The position numbers and the translations under genes are program-made. From the NCBI RefSeq assembly GCF_009914755.1, contig NC_060941.1: a DNA stretch of 64,000 bases; one strand, 5' to 3'. Shown here piece after piece: positions 11,301 to 24,483 of this stretch. How positions within the stretch are numbered: position 1 is the stretch's first letter; every line of letters starts with the position of its first letter. Source of the stretch: the human T2T-CHM13v2.0 reference genome, Homo sapiens. The notes under the pieces are model-generated. The model saw only the letters and a list, made by a program, of their open reading frames with translations, was not told the origin of the DNA and made no database searches.

Positions 11301-14300
11301 GGAAACGGAATCATCTTCACATAAAAATTACACGGAAGCATCCTCAGGAACTCCTTGGTGATGTTTGTATTCAACTTCCAGAGTTGAACTTTCCTTCGGA
11401 AAGAGCAGCTATGAAACACTCTTTTTCTAGAATCTGCAAGTGGACATTGGGAGGGCTGTGAGGTTTGTGGTGGAAAAGGAAATATCTCCACATAAATACT
11501 AGATAGAAGCCTTCTCAGAAACTACTTTGTGATGACTGCATTCACCTCACGGAGTGGAGCATTCCTATTGACAGAGCAGTTTGGAAACACTCTTCTTGTA
11601 GAATCGGCTAGTGGAGATTTGGAGCGCTTTGAGGCCTATGGTAGTAAAGGGAAGAGCTTCACATAAAATCTAGACAGAAGCATTCTCAGAAAATACTTTG
11701 TGATGATTGAGTTTAACACACAGAGCTGAACATTCCTTTGGATGGAGAAGCTTTGAAACACACTTTCTGTAGAATCTGCGAGTGGATATTTGGACCTCTC
11801 TGAGGATTTCGTTGGAAACGGGATAACTGCACCTAACTAAACGGAAGCATTCTCACAAAATTCTTTGTGATGTTTGCATTCAAATCCCAGAGTTGAACCT
11901 TCCTTTGATAGTTCAGCTTTGAAACACTCTTTTTGTAGGTACTGCAGGTGGATATTTGGACCACTCTTTGGCCTTCGTTCGAAACGGGTACATCTTCAAA
12001 TAAAATCTAGACAGAAGCCTTCTCAGAAACTTCTCTGTGACGATTGCATTCAACTCAAAGCGTTGAACCCTCCTATGGATAGAGCAGTTTTGAATCTCTC
12101 TTTTTGTGGAATCTGCAAGTGGATATGTGGTCCTCTTTGAAGATGTCTTTGGAAACGGGAATATCTTCACATAAAAACTAAACAGAAGCATTCTCAGAAA
12201 CTTCTCTGTGATGTTTGTGTTCAACTCACAGAGTTTCACGTTGCTTTTCATAGAGCAGATGAGAAACATGCTTTTCGTAGGGTCTGCAAGTGGACATTTG
12301 GAGAGCTTTCAGGCCTGTGGTGGAAAACGAATTATCGTCACGTAAAAACTAGAGAGAAGCATTGTCAGAAACTTGTTTGTGATGACTGCATTCAACTCAC
12401 AGAGTTGAAGGTTCCTTTTCAAACAGCAGTTTCCAAACACTCTTTCTGTGGCATCTGCAAGTGGATGTTTGGGCCTCTTTGAAGATTTCGTTGGAAACGG
12501 GATAATCTTCACAGAAAAGCTAAACAGAAGCATTCTCAGAAACTTCTTTGTGATGTTTGCTTTCAACTCACAGAGTTGAACTTTCCTTTTGAGAGAGAAG
12601 CTTTGAAACACTCTTTTTCTAGAATCTGCAAGTGGATATTTGGAGGGCTTTGAGGCCTGAGGTGGAACAGGAATTATCTTCCCGTAAGAACTAGATAGAT
12701 GCATTCTCAGAAACTACTTTGTGACGATTGCATTCAAGTCACAGAGGTGAACATTCCCTTTCAGAGAGCACTTTGGAAACTCTCGTTGTGTAGAATCTGC
12801 AAGTGGAGATATGGACCGCTTTGAGGCCTATGGTAGTAAAGGAAACAGCTTCATATAAAAACTAGACAGCAGCATTCTCAGAAAACTCTTTGTGACGACT
12901 GAGTTTAACTCACAGGGCTGAACATTCCTTTGGATGGAGCAGTTTGGAAACACACTATCTGTAGGATCTGCAAGCGGATACTTGGGCCTCCCTGAGGATT
13001 TCGTTGGAAACGGGATAAACCGCACAGAACTAAACAGAAGCATTCTCAGAGCCTTCTTCGTGATGTTTGCATTCAACCCACAGTGTTGAACCTTTCTTTG
13101 ATAGTTCAGGTTTGAAACACTCTTTTTGTAGAAACTGCAAGTGGATAACTGCACTTCTTTGAGGCCTATCGTAGTAAAGGAAATAACTTCCTATAAAAAC
13201 AAGACAGAAGCTTTCTCAGAAAATTCTCTGGGATGATTGAGTTGAACTCACAGAGCAGTACTTTCCTTGGGATGGAGTAGTTTCGAAACACACTTTCTGT
13301 AGAATCTGCAAGTGGATATTTGGACCTGTCTGAGGAATTCGTTGCAAACGGGATAATTTCAGCTAAGTAAACAGAAGCAGTCTCAGAATCTTCTTGTGAT
13401 GTTTGCATTCACATCCCAGAATTGAACCTTCCTTTGAAAGTTCAGGTTGGAAACACTCTTTTTGCAGGATCTACAAGTGGATATTCGGACCACTCTGTGG
13501 ACTTCGTTCGAAACGGGTATATCTTCACATAACATCTAGACAGAAGCATTCTCAGAAACTTTTCTGTGATGACTGCATTCAACTCACAGAGTTGAACACT
13601 CCTTTTGAGAGCGCAGTTTTGAAACTCTCCTTCTCTGGAATCTGCAAGGGGACATGCAGACCTCTTTGAAGGTTTCGTTGGAAACGGAATCATCTTCACA
13701 TAAAAATTACACGGAAGCATCCTCAGGAACTCCTTGGTGATGTTTGTATTCAACTTCCAGAGTTGAACTTTCCTTCGGAAAGAGCAGCTATGAAACACTC
13801 TTTTTCTAGAATCTGCAAGTGGACATTGGGAGGGCTGTGAGGTTTGTGGTGGAAAAGGAAATATCTCCACATAAATACTAGATAGAAGCCTTCTCAGAAA
13901 CTACTTTGTGATGACTGCATTCACCTCACGGAGTGGAGCATTCCTATTGACAGAGCAGTTTGGAAACACTCTTCTTGTAGAATCGGCTAGTGGAGATTTG
14001 GAGCGCTTTGAGGCCTATGGTAGTAAAGGGAAGAGCTTCACATAAAATCTAGACAGAAGCATTCTCAGAAAATACTTTGTGATGATTGAGTTTAACACAC
14101 AGAGCTGAACATTCCTTTGGATGGAGAAGGTTTGAAACACACTTTCTGTAGAATCTGCGAGTGGATATTTGGACCTCTCTGAGGATTTCGTTGGAAACGG
14201 GATAACTGCACCTAACTAAACGGAAGCATTCTCACAAAATTCTTTGTGATGTTTGCATTCCAATCCCAGAGTTGAACCTTCCTTTGATAGTTCAGCTTTG

Positions 14301-17300
14301 AAACACTCTTTTTGTAGGTTCTGCAGGTGGATATTTGGACCACTCTTTGGCCTTCGTTCGAAACGGGTACATCTTCAAATAAAATCTAGACAGAAGCCTT
14401 CTCAGAAACTTCTCTGTGACGATTGCATTCAACTCAGAGAGTTGAACCCTCCTATGGATAGAGCAGTTTTGAATCTCTCTTTTTGTGGAATCTGCAAGTG
14501 GATATGTGGTCCTCTTTGAAGATGTCTTTGGAAACGGGAATATCTTCACATAAAAACTAAACAGAAGCATTCTCAGAAACTTCTCTGTGATGTTTGTGTT
14601 CAACTCACAGAGTTTCACGTTGCTTTTCATAGAGCAGATGAGAAACATGCTTTTCGTAGGGTCTGCAAGTGGACATTTGGAGAGCTTTCAGGCCTGTGGT
14701 GGAAAACGAATTATCGTCACGTAAAAACTAGAGAGAAGCATTGTCAGAAACTTGTTTGTGATGACTGCATTCAACTCACAGAGTTGAAGGTTCCTTTTCA
14801 AACAGCAGTTTCCAAACACTCTTTCTGTGGCATCTGCAAGTGGATGTTTGGGCCTCTTTGAAGATTTCGTTGGAAACGGGATAATCTTCACAGAAAAGCT
14901 AAACAGAAGCATTCTCAGAAACTTCTTTGTGATGTTTGCTTTCAACTCACAGAGTTGAACTTTCCTTTTGAGAGAGAAGCTTTGAAACACTCTTTTTCTA
15001 GAATCTGCAAGTGGATATTTGGAGGGCTTTGAGGCCTGAGGTGGAACAGGAATTATCTTCCCGTAAGAACTAGATAGATGCATTCTCAGAAACTACTTTG
15101 TGACGATTGCATTCAAGTCACAGAGGTGAACATTCCCTTTCAGAGAGCACTTTGGAAACTCTCGTTGTGTAGAATCTGCAAGTGGAGATATGGACCGCTT
15201 TGAGGCCTATGGTAGTAAAGGAAACAGCTTCATATAAAAACTAGACAGCAGCATTCTCAGAAAACTCTTTGTGACGACTGAGTTTAACTCACAGGGCTGA
15301 ACATTCCTTTGGATGGAGCAGTTTGGAAACACACTATCTGTAGGATCTGCAAGCGGATACTTGGGCCTCCCTGAGGATTTCGTTGGAAACGGGATAAACC
15401 GCACAGAACTAAACAGAAGCATTCTCAGAGCCTTCTTCGTGATGTTTGCATTCAACCCACAGTGTTGAACCTTTCTTTGATAGTTCAGGTTTGAAACACT
15501 CTTTTTGTAGAAACTGCAAGTGGATAACTGCACTTCTTTGAGGCCTATCGTAGTAAAGGAAATAACTTCCTATAAAAACAAGACAGAAGCTTTCTCAGAA
15601 AATTCTCTGGGATGATTGAGTTGAACTCACAGAGCAGTACTTTCCTTGGGATGGAGTAGTTTCGAAACACACTTTCTGTAGAATCTGCAAGTGGATATTT
15701 GGACCTGTCTGAGGAATTCGTTGCAAACGGGATAATTTCAGCTAAGTAAACAGAAGCAGTCTCAGAATCTTCTTGTGATGTTTGCATTCACATCCCAGAA
15801 TTGAACCTTCCTTTGAAAGTTCAGGTTGGAAACACTCTTTTTGCAGGATCTACAAGTGGATATTCGGACCACTCTGTGGACTTCGTTCGAAACGGGTATA
15901 TCTTCACATAACATCTAGACAGAAGCATTCTCAGAAACTTTTCTGTGATGACTGCATTCAACTCACAGAGTTGAACACTCCTTTTGAGAGCGCAGTTTTG
16001 AAACTCTCCTTCTCTGGAATCTGCAAGGGGACATGCAGACCTCTTTGAAGGTTTCGTTGGAAACGGAATCATCTTCACATAAAAATTACACGGAAGCATC
16101 CTCAGGAACTCCTTGGTGATGTTTGTATTCAACTTCCAGAGTTGAACTTTCCTTCGGAAAGAGCAGCTATGAAACACTCTTTTTCTAGAATCTGCAAGTG
16201 GACATTGGGAGGGCTGTGAGGTTTGTGGTGGAAAAGGAAATATCTCCACATAAATACTAGATAGAAGCCTTCTCAGAAACTACTTTGTGATGACTGCATT
16301 CACCTCACGGAGTGGAGCATTCCTATTGACAGAGCAGTTTGGAAACACTCTTCTTGTAGAATGGGCTAGTGGAGATTTGGAGCGCTTTGAGGCCTATGGT
16401 AGTAAAGGGAAGAGCTTCACATAAAATCTAGACAGAAGCATTCTCAGAAAATACTTTGTGATGATTGAGTTTAACACACAGAGCTGAACATTCCTTTGGA
16501 TGGAGAAGGTTTGAAACACACTTTCTGTAGAATCTGCGAGTGGATATTTGGACCTCTCTGAGGATTTCGTTGGAAACGGGATAACTGCACCTAACTAAAC
16601 GGAAGCATTCTCACAAAATTCTTTGTGATGTTTGCATTCCAATCCCAGAGTTGAACCTTCCTTTGATAGTTCAGCTTTGAAACACTCTTTTTGTAGGTAC
16701 TGCAGGTGGATATTTGGACCACTCTTTGGCCTTCGTTCGAAACGGGTACATCTTCAAATAAAATCTAGACAGAAGCCTTCTCAGAAACTTCTCTGTGACG
16801 ATTGCATTCAACTCAAAGCGTTGAACCCTCCTATGGATAGAGCAGTTTTGAATCTCTCTTTTTGTGGAATCTGCAAGTGGATATGTGGTCCTCTTTGAAG
16901 ATGTCTTTGGAAACGGGAATATCTTCACATAAAAACTAAACAGAAGCATTCTCAGAAACTTCTCTGTGATGTTTGTGTTCAACTCACAGAGTTTCAAGTT
17001 GCTTTTCATAGAGCAGATGAGAAACATGCTTTTCGTAGGGTCTGCAAGTGGACATTTGGAGAGCTTTCAGGCCTGTGGTGGAAAACGAATTATCGTCACG
17101 TAAAAACTAGAGAGAAGCATTGTCAGAAACTTGTTTGTGATGACTGCATTCAACTCACAGAGTTGAAGGTTCCTTTTCAAACAGCAGTTTCCAAACACTC
17201 TTTCTGTGGCATCTGCAAGTGGATGTTTGGGCCTCTTTGAAGATTTCGTTGGAAACGGGATCATCTTCACAGAAAAGCTAAACAGAAGCATGCTCAGAAA

Positions 17301-20300
17301 CTTCTTTGTGATGTTTGCTTTCAACTCACAGAGTTGAACTTTCCTTTTGAGAGAGAAGCTTTGAAACACTCTTTTTCTAGAATCTGCAAGTGGATATTTG
17401 GAGGGCTTTGAGGCCTGAGGTGGAACAGGAATTATCTTCCCGTAAGAACTAGATAGATGCATTCTCAGAAACTACTTTGTGACGATTGCATTCAAGTCAC
17501 AGAGGTGAACATTCCCTTTCAGAGAGCACTTTGGAAACTCTCGTTGTGTAGAATCTGCAAGTGGAGATATGGACCGCTTTGAGGCCTATGGTAGTAAAGG
17601 AAACAGCTTCATATAAAAACTAGACAGCAGCATTCTCAGAAAACTCTTTGTGACGACTGAGTTTAACTCACAGGGCTGAACATTCCTTTGGATGGAGCAG
17701 TTTGGAAACACACTATCTGTAGGATCTGCAAGCGGATACTTGGGCCTCCCTGAGGATTTCGTTGGAAACGGGATAAACCGCACAGAACTAAAGAGAAGCA
17801 TTCTCAGAACCTTCTTCGTGATGTTTGCATTCAACCCACAGTGTTGAACCTTTCTTTGATAGTTCAGGTTTGAAACACTCTTTTTGTAGAAACTGCAAGT
17901 GGATAACTGCACTTCTTTGAGGCCTATCGTAGTAAAGGAAATAACTTCCTATAAAAACAAGACAGAAGCTTTCTCAGAAAATTCTCTGGGATGATTGAGT
18001 TGAACTCACAGAGCAGTACTTTCCTTGGGATGGAGTAGTTTCGAAACACACTTTCTGTAGAATCTGCAAGTGGATATTTGGACCTGTCTGAGGAATTCGT
18101 TGCAAACGGGATAATTTCAGCTAAGTAAACAGAAGCAGTCTCAGAATCTTCTTGTGATGTTTGCATTCACATCCCAGAATTGAACCTTCCTTTGAAAGTT
18201 CAGGTTGGAAACACTCTTTTTGCAGGATCTACAAGTGGATATTCGGACCACTCTGTGGACTTCGTTCGAAACGGGTATATCTTCACATAACATCTAGACA
18301 GAAGCATTCTCAGAAACTTTTCTGTGATGACTGCATTCAACTCACAGAGTTGAACACTCCTTTTGAGAGCGCAGTTTTGAAACTCTCTTTCTCTGGAATC
18401 TGCAAGGGGACATGCAGACCTCTTTGAAGGTTTCGTTGGAAACGGAATCATCTTCACATAAAAATTACACGGAAGCATCCTCAGGAACTCCTTGGTGATG
18501 TTTGCATTCAACTTCCAGAGTTGAACTTTCCTTCGGAAAGAGCAGCTATGAAACACTCTTTTTCTAGAATCTGCAAGTGGACATTGGGAGGGCTGTGAGG
18601 TTTGTGGTGGAAAAGGAAATATCTCCACATAAATACTAGATAGAAGCCTTCTCAGAAACTACTTTGTGATGACTGCATTCACCTCACGGAGTGGAGCATT
18701 CCTATTGACAGAGCAGTTTGGAAACACTCTTCTTGTAGAATCGGCTAGTGGAGAGTTGGAGCGCTTTGAGGCCTATGGTAGTAAAGGGAAGAGCTTCACA
18801 TAAAATCTAGACAGAAGCATTCTCAGAAAATACTTTGTGATGATTGAGTTTAACACACAGAGCTGAACATTCCTTTGGATGGAGAAGGTTTGAAACACAC
18901 TTTCTGTAGAATCTGCGAGTGGATATTTGGACCTCTCTGAGGATTTCGTTGGAAACGGGATAACTGCAGCTAACTAAACGGAAGCATTCTCACAAAATTC
19001 TTTGTGATGTTTGCATTCAAATCCCAGAGTTGAACCTTCCTTTGATAGTTCAGCTTTGAAACACTCTTTTTGTAGGTTCTGCAGGTGGATATTTGGACCA
19101 CTCTTTGGCCTTCGTTCGAAACGGGTACATCTTCAAATAAAATCTAGACAGAAGCCTTCTCAGAAACTTCTCTGTGACGATTGCATTCAACTCAGAGAGT
19201 TGAACCCTCCTATGGATAGAGCAGTTTTGAATCTCTCTTTTTGTGGAATCTGCAAGTGGATATGTGGTCCTCTTTGAAGATGTCTTTGGAAACGGGAATA
19301 TCTTCACATAAAAACTAAACAGAAGCATTCTCAGAAACTTCTCTGTGATGTTTGTGTTCAACTCACAGAGTTTCACGTTGCTTTTCATAGAGCAGATGAG
19401 AAACATGCTTTTCGTAGGGTCTGCAAGTGGACATTTGGAGAGCTTTCAGGCCTGTGGTGGAAAACGAATTATCGTCACGTAAAAACTAGAGAGAAGCATT
19501 GTCAGAAACTTGTTTGTGATGACTGCATTCAACTCACAGAGTTGAAGGTTCCTTTTCAAAGAGCAGTTTCCAAACACTCTTTCTGTGGCATCTGCAAGTG
19601 GATGTTTGGGCCTCTTTGAAGATTTCGTTGGAAACGGGATAATCTTCACAGAAAAGCTAAACAGAAGCATGCTCAGAAACTTCTTTGTGATGTTTGCTTT
19701 CAACTCACAGAGTTGAACTTTCCTTTTGAGAGAGAAGCTTTGAAACACTCTTTTTCTAGAATCTGCAAGTGGATATTTGGAGGGCTTTGAGGCCTGAGGT
19801 GGAACAGGAATTATCTTCCCGTAAGAACTAGATAGATGCATTCTCAGAAACTACTTTGTGACGATTGCATTCAAGTCCCAGAGGTGAACATTCCCTTTCA
19901 GAGAGCACTTTGGAAACTCTCGTTGTGTAGAATCTGCAAGTGGAGATATGGACCGCTTTGAGGCCTATGTTAGTAAAGGAAACAGCTTCATATAAAAACT
20001 AGACAGCAGCATTCTCAGAAAACTCTTTGTGACGACTGAGTTTAACTCACAGGGCTGAACATTCCTTTGGATGGAGCAGTTTGGAAACACACTATCTGTA
20101 GGATCTGCAAGCGGATACTTGGGCCTCCCTGAGGATTTCGTTGGAAAGGGGATAAACCGCACAGAACTAAACAGAAGCATTCTCAGAGCCTTCTTCGTGA
20201 CGTTTGCATTCAACCCACAGTGTTGAACCTTTCTTTGATAGTTCAGGTTTGAAACACTCTTTTTGTAGAAACTGCAAGTGGATAACTGCACTTCTTTGAG

Positions 20301-20875
20301 GCCTATCGTAGTAAAGGAAATAACTTCCTATAAAAACAAGACAGAAGCTTTCTCAGAAAATTCTCTGGGATGATTGAGTTGAACTCACAGAGCAGTACTT
20401 TCCTTGGGATGGAGTAGTTTCGAAACACACTTTCTGTAGAATCTGCAAGTGGATATTTGGACCTGTCTGAGGAATTCGTTGCAAACGGGATAATTTCAGC
20501 TAAGTAAACAGAAGCAGTCTCAGAATCTTCTTGTGATGTTTGCATTCACAACCCAGAATTGAACCTTCCTTTGAAAGTTCAGGTTGGAAACACTCTTTTT
20601 GCAGGATCTACAAGTGGATATTCGGACCACTCTGTGGACTTCGTTCGAAACGGGTATATCTTCACATAACATCTAGACAGAAGCATTCTCAGAAACTTTT
20701 CTGTGATGACTGCATTCAACTCACAGAGTTGAACACTCCTTTTGAGAGCGCAGTTTTGCAACTCTCTTTCTCTGGAATCTGCAAGGGGACATGCAGACCT
20801 CTTTGAAGGTTTCGTTGGAAACGGAATCATCTTCACATAAAAATTACACGGAAGCATCCTCAGGAACTCCTTGGT

Positions 20876-20909
20876 GATGTTTGTATTCAACTTCCAGAAT
20901 ACAAACATC
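20876..20909. repeat. Perfect 13-bp inverted repeat with 8-nt spacer created by a complex indel (copy 1)
   Basis: GATGTTTGTATTC-AACTTCCA-GAATACAAACATC; other HORs read ...CCAGA GTTGAA CTTTCC. Net +4 bp shifts the period to 2383. Confidence 0.95.
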
Positions 20910-23258
20910 TTTCCTTCGGAAAGAGCAGCTATGAAACACTCTTTTTCTAGAATCTGCAAGTGGACATTGGGAGGGCTGTGAGGTTTGTGGTGGAAAAGGA
21001 AATATCTCCACATAAATACTAGATAGAAGCCTTCTCAGAAACTACTTTGTGATGACTGCATTCACCTCACGGAGTGGAGCATTCCTATTGACAGAGCAGT
21101 TTGGAAACACTCTTCTTGTAGAATCGGCTACTGGAGATTTGGAGCGCTTTGAGGCCTATGGTAGTAAAGGGAAGAGCTTCACATAAAATCTAGACAGAAG
21201 CATTCTCAGAAAATACTTTGTGATGATTGAGTTTAACACACAGAGCTGAACATTCCTTTGGATGGAGAAGGTTTGAAACACACTTTCTGTAGAATCTGCG
21301 AGTGGATATTTGGACCTCTCTGAGGATTTCGTTGGAAACGGGATAACTGCACCTAACAAAACGGAAGCATTCTCACAAAATTCCTTGTGATGTTTGCATT
21401 CAAATCCCAGAGTTGAACCTTCCTTTGATAGTTCAGCTTTGAAACACTCTTTTTGTAGGTTCTGCAGGTGGATATTTGGACCACTCTTTGGCCTTCGTTC
21501 GAAACGGGTACATCTTCAAATAAAATCTAGACAGAAGCCTTCTCAGAAACTTCTCTGTGACGATTGCATTCAACTCAGAGAGTTGAACCCTCCTATGGAT
21601 AGAGCAGTTTTGAATCTCTCTTTTTGTGGAATCTGCAAGTGGATATGTGGTCCTCTTTGAAGATGTCTTTGGAAACGGGAATATCTTCACATAAAAACTA
21701 AACAGAAGCATTCTCAGAAACTTCTCTGTGATGTTTGTGTTCAACTCACAGAGTTTCACGTTGCTTTTCATAGAGCAGATGAGAAACATGCTTTTCGTAG
21801 GGTCTGCAAGTGGACATTTGGAGAGCTTTCAGGCCTGTGGTGGAAAACGAATTATCGTCACGTAAAAACTAGAGAGAAGCATTGTCAGAAACTTGTTTGT
21901 GATGACTGCATTCAACTCACAGAGTTGAAGGTTCCTTTTCAAACAGCAGTTTCCAAACACTCTTTCTGTGGCATCTGCAAGTGGATGTTTGGGCCTCTTT
22001 GAAGATTTCGTTGGAAACGGGATAATCTTCACAGAAAAGCTAAACAGAAGCATGCTCAGAAACTTCTTTGTGATGTTTGCTTTCAACTCACAGAGTTGAA
22101 CTTTCCTTTTGAGAGAGAAGCTTTGAAACACTCTTTTTCTAGAATCTGCAAGTGGATATTTGGAGGGCTTTGAGGCCTGAGGTGGAACAGGAATTATCTT
22201 CCCGTAAGAACTAGATAGATGCATTCTCAGAAACTACTTTGTGACGATTGCATTCAAGTCCCAGAGGTGAACATTCCCTTTCAGAGAGCACTTTGGAAAC
22301 TCTCGTTGTGTAGAATCTGCAAGTGGAGATATGGACCGCTTTGAGGCCTATGTTAGTAAAGGAAACAGCTTCATATAAAAACTAGACAGCAGCATTCTCA
22401 GAAAACTCTTTGTGACGACTGAGTTTAACTCACAGGGCTGAACATTCCTTTGGATGGAGCAGTTTGGAAACACACTATCTGTAGGATCTGCAAGCGGATA
22501 CTTGGGCCTCCCTGAGGATTTCGTTGGAAAGGGGATAAACCGCACAGAACTAAACAGAAGCATTCTCAGAGCCTTCTTCGTGACGTTTGCATTCAACCCA
22601 CAGTGTTGAACCTTTCTTTGATAGTTCAGGTTTGAAACACTCTTTTTGTAGAAACTGCAAGTGGATAACTGCACTTCTTTGAGGCCTATCGTAGTAAAGG
22701 AAATAACTTCCTATAAAAACAAGACAGAAGCTTTCTCAGAAAATTCTCTGGGATGATTGAGTTGAACTCACAGAGCAGTACTTTCCTTGGGATGGAGTAG
22801 TTTCGAAACACACTTTCTGTAGAATCTGCAAGTGGATATTTGGACCTGTCTGAGGAATTCGTTGCAAACGGGATAATTTCAGCTAAGTAAACAGAAGCAG
22901 TCTCAGAATCTTCTTGTGATGTTTGCATTCACATCCCAGAATTGAACCTTCCTTTGAAAGTTCAGGTTGGAAACACTCTTTTTGCAGGATCTACAAGTGG
23001 ATATTCGGACCACTCTGTGGACTTCGTTCGAAACGGGTATATCTTCACATAACATCTAGACAGAAGCATTCTCAGAAACTTTTCTGTGATGACTGCATTC
23101 AACTCACAGAGTTGAACACTCCTTTTGAGAGCGCAGTTTTGCAACTCTCTTTCTCTGGAATCTGCAAGGGGACATGCAGACCTCTTTGAAGGTTTCGTTG
23201 GAAACGGAATCATCTTCACATAAAAATTACACGGAAGCATCCTCAGGAACTCCTTGGT

Positions 23259-23292
23259 GATGTTTGTATTCAACTTCCAGAATACAAACATC
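23259..23292. repeat. Perfect 13-bp inverted repeat (copy 2)
   Basis: Same sequence as 20876-20909, 2383 bp downstream. Confidence 0.95.
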
Positions 23293-24449
23293 TTTCCTTC
23301 GGAAAGAGCAGCTATGAAACACTCTTTTTCTAGAATCTGCAAGTGGATATTTGGAGGGCTTTGAGGCCTGAGGTGGAACAGGAATTATCTTCCCGTAAGA
23401 ACTAGATAGATGCATTCTCAGAAACTACTTTGTGACGATTGCATTCAAGTCCCAGAGGTGAACATTCCCTTTCAGAGAGCACTTTGGAAACTCTCGTTGT
23501 GTAGAATCTGCAAGTGGAGATATGGACCGCTTTGAGGCCTATGTTAGTAAAGGAAACAGCTTCATATAAAAACTAGACAGCAGCATTCTCAGAAAACTCT
23601 TTGTGACGACTGAGTTTAACTCACAGGGCTGAACATTCCTTTGGATGGAGCAGTTTGGAAACACACTATCTGTAGGATCTGCAAGCGGATACTTGGGCCT
23701 CCCTGAGGATTTCGTTGGAAAGGGGATAAACCGCACAGAACTAAACAGAAGCATTCTCAGAGCCTTCTTCGTGACGTTTGCATTCAACCCACAGTGTTGA
23801 ACCTTTCTTTGATAGTTCAGGTTTGAAACACTCTTTTTGTAGAAACTGCAAGTGGATAACTGCACTTCTTTGAGGCCTATCGTAGTAAAGGAAATAACTT
23901 CCTATAAAAACAAGACAGAAGCTTTCTCAGAAAATTCTCTGGGATGATTGAGTTGAACTCACAGAGCAGTACTTTCCTTGGGATGGAGTAGTTTCGAAAC
24001 ACACTTTCTGTAGAATCTGCAAGTGGATATTTGGACCTGTCTGAGGAATTCGTTGCAAACGGGATAATTTCAGCTAAGTAAACAGAAGCAGTCTCAGAAT
24101 CTTCTTGTGATGTTTGCATTCACATCCCAGAATTGAACCTTCCTTTGAAAGTTCAGGTTGGAAACACTCTTTTTGCAGGATCTACAAGTGGATATTCGGA
24201 CCACTCTGTGGACTTCGTTCGAAACGGGTATATCTTCACATAACATCTAGACAGAAGCATTCTCAGAAACTTTTCTGTGATGACTGCATTCAACTCACAG
24301 AGTTGAACACTCCTTTTGAGAGCGCAGTTTTGCAACTCTCTTTCTCTGGAATCTGCAAGGGGACATGCAGACCTCTTTGAAGGTTTCGTTGGAAACGGAA
24401 TCATCTTCACATAAAAATTACACGGAAGCATCCTCAGGAACTCCTTGGT

Positions 24450-24483
24450 GATGTTTGTATTCAACTTCCAGAATACAAACATC
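24450..24483. repeat. Perfect 13-bp inverted repeat (copy 3)
   Basis: Same sequence, 1191 bp downstream of copy 2. Confidence 0.95.

Noticed and set aside
20897-20909. Possible transposon footprint or foreign insertion
   Set aside because: There is no target-site duplication or poly-A, and the inserted bases are fully explained as the reverse complement of adjacent sequence.
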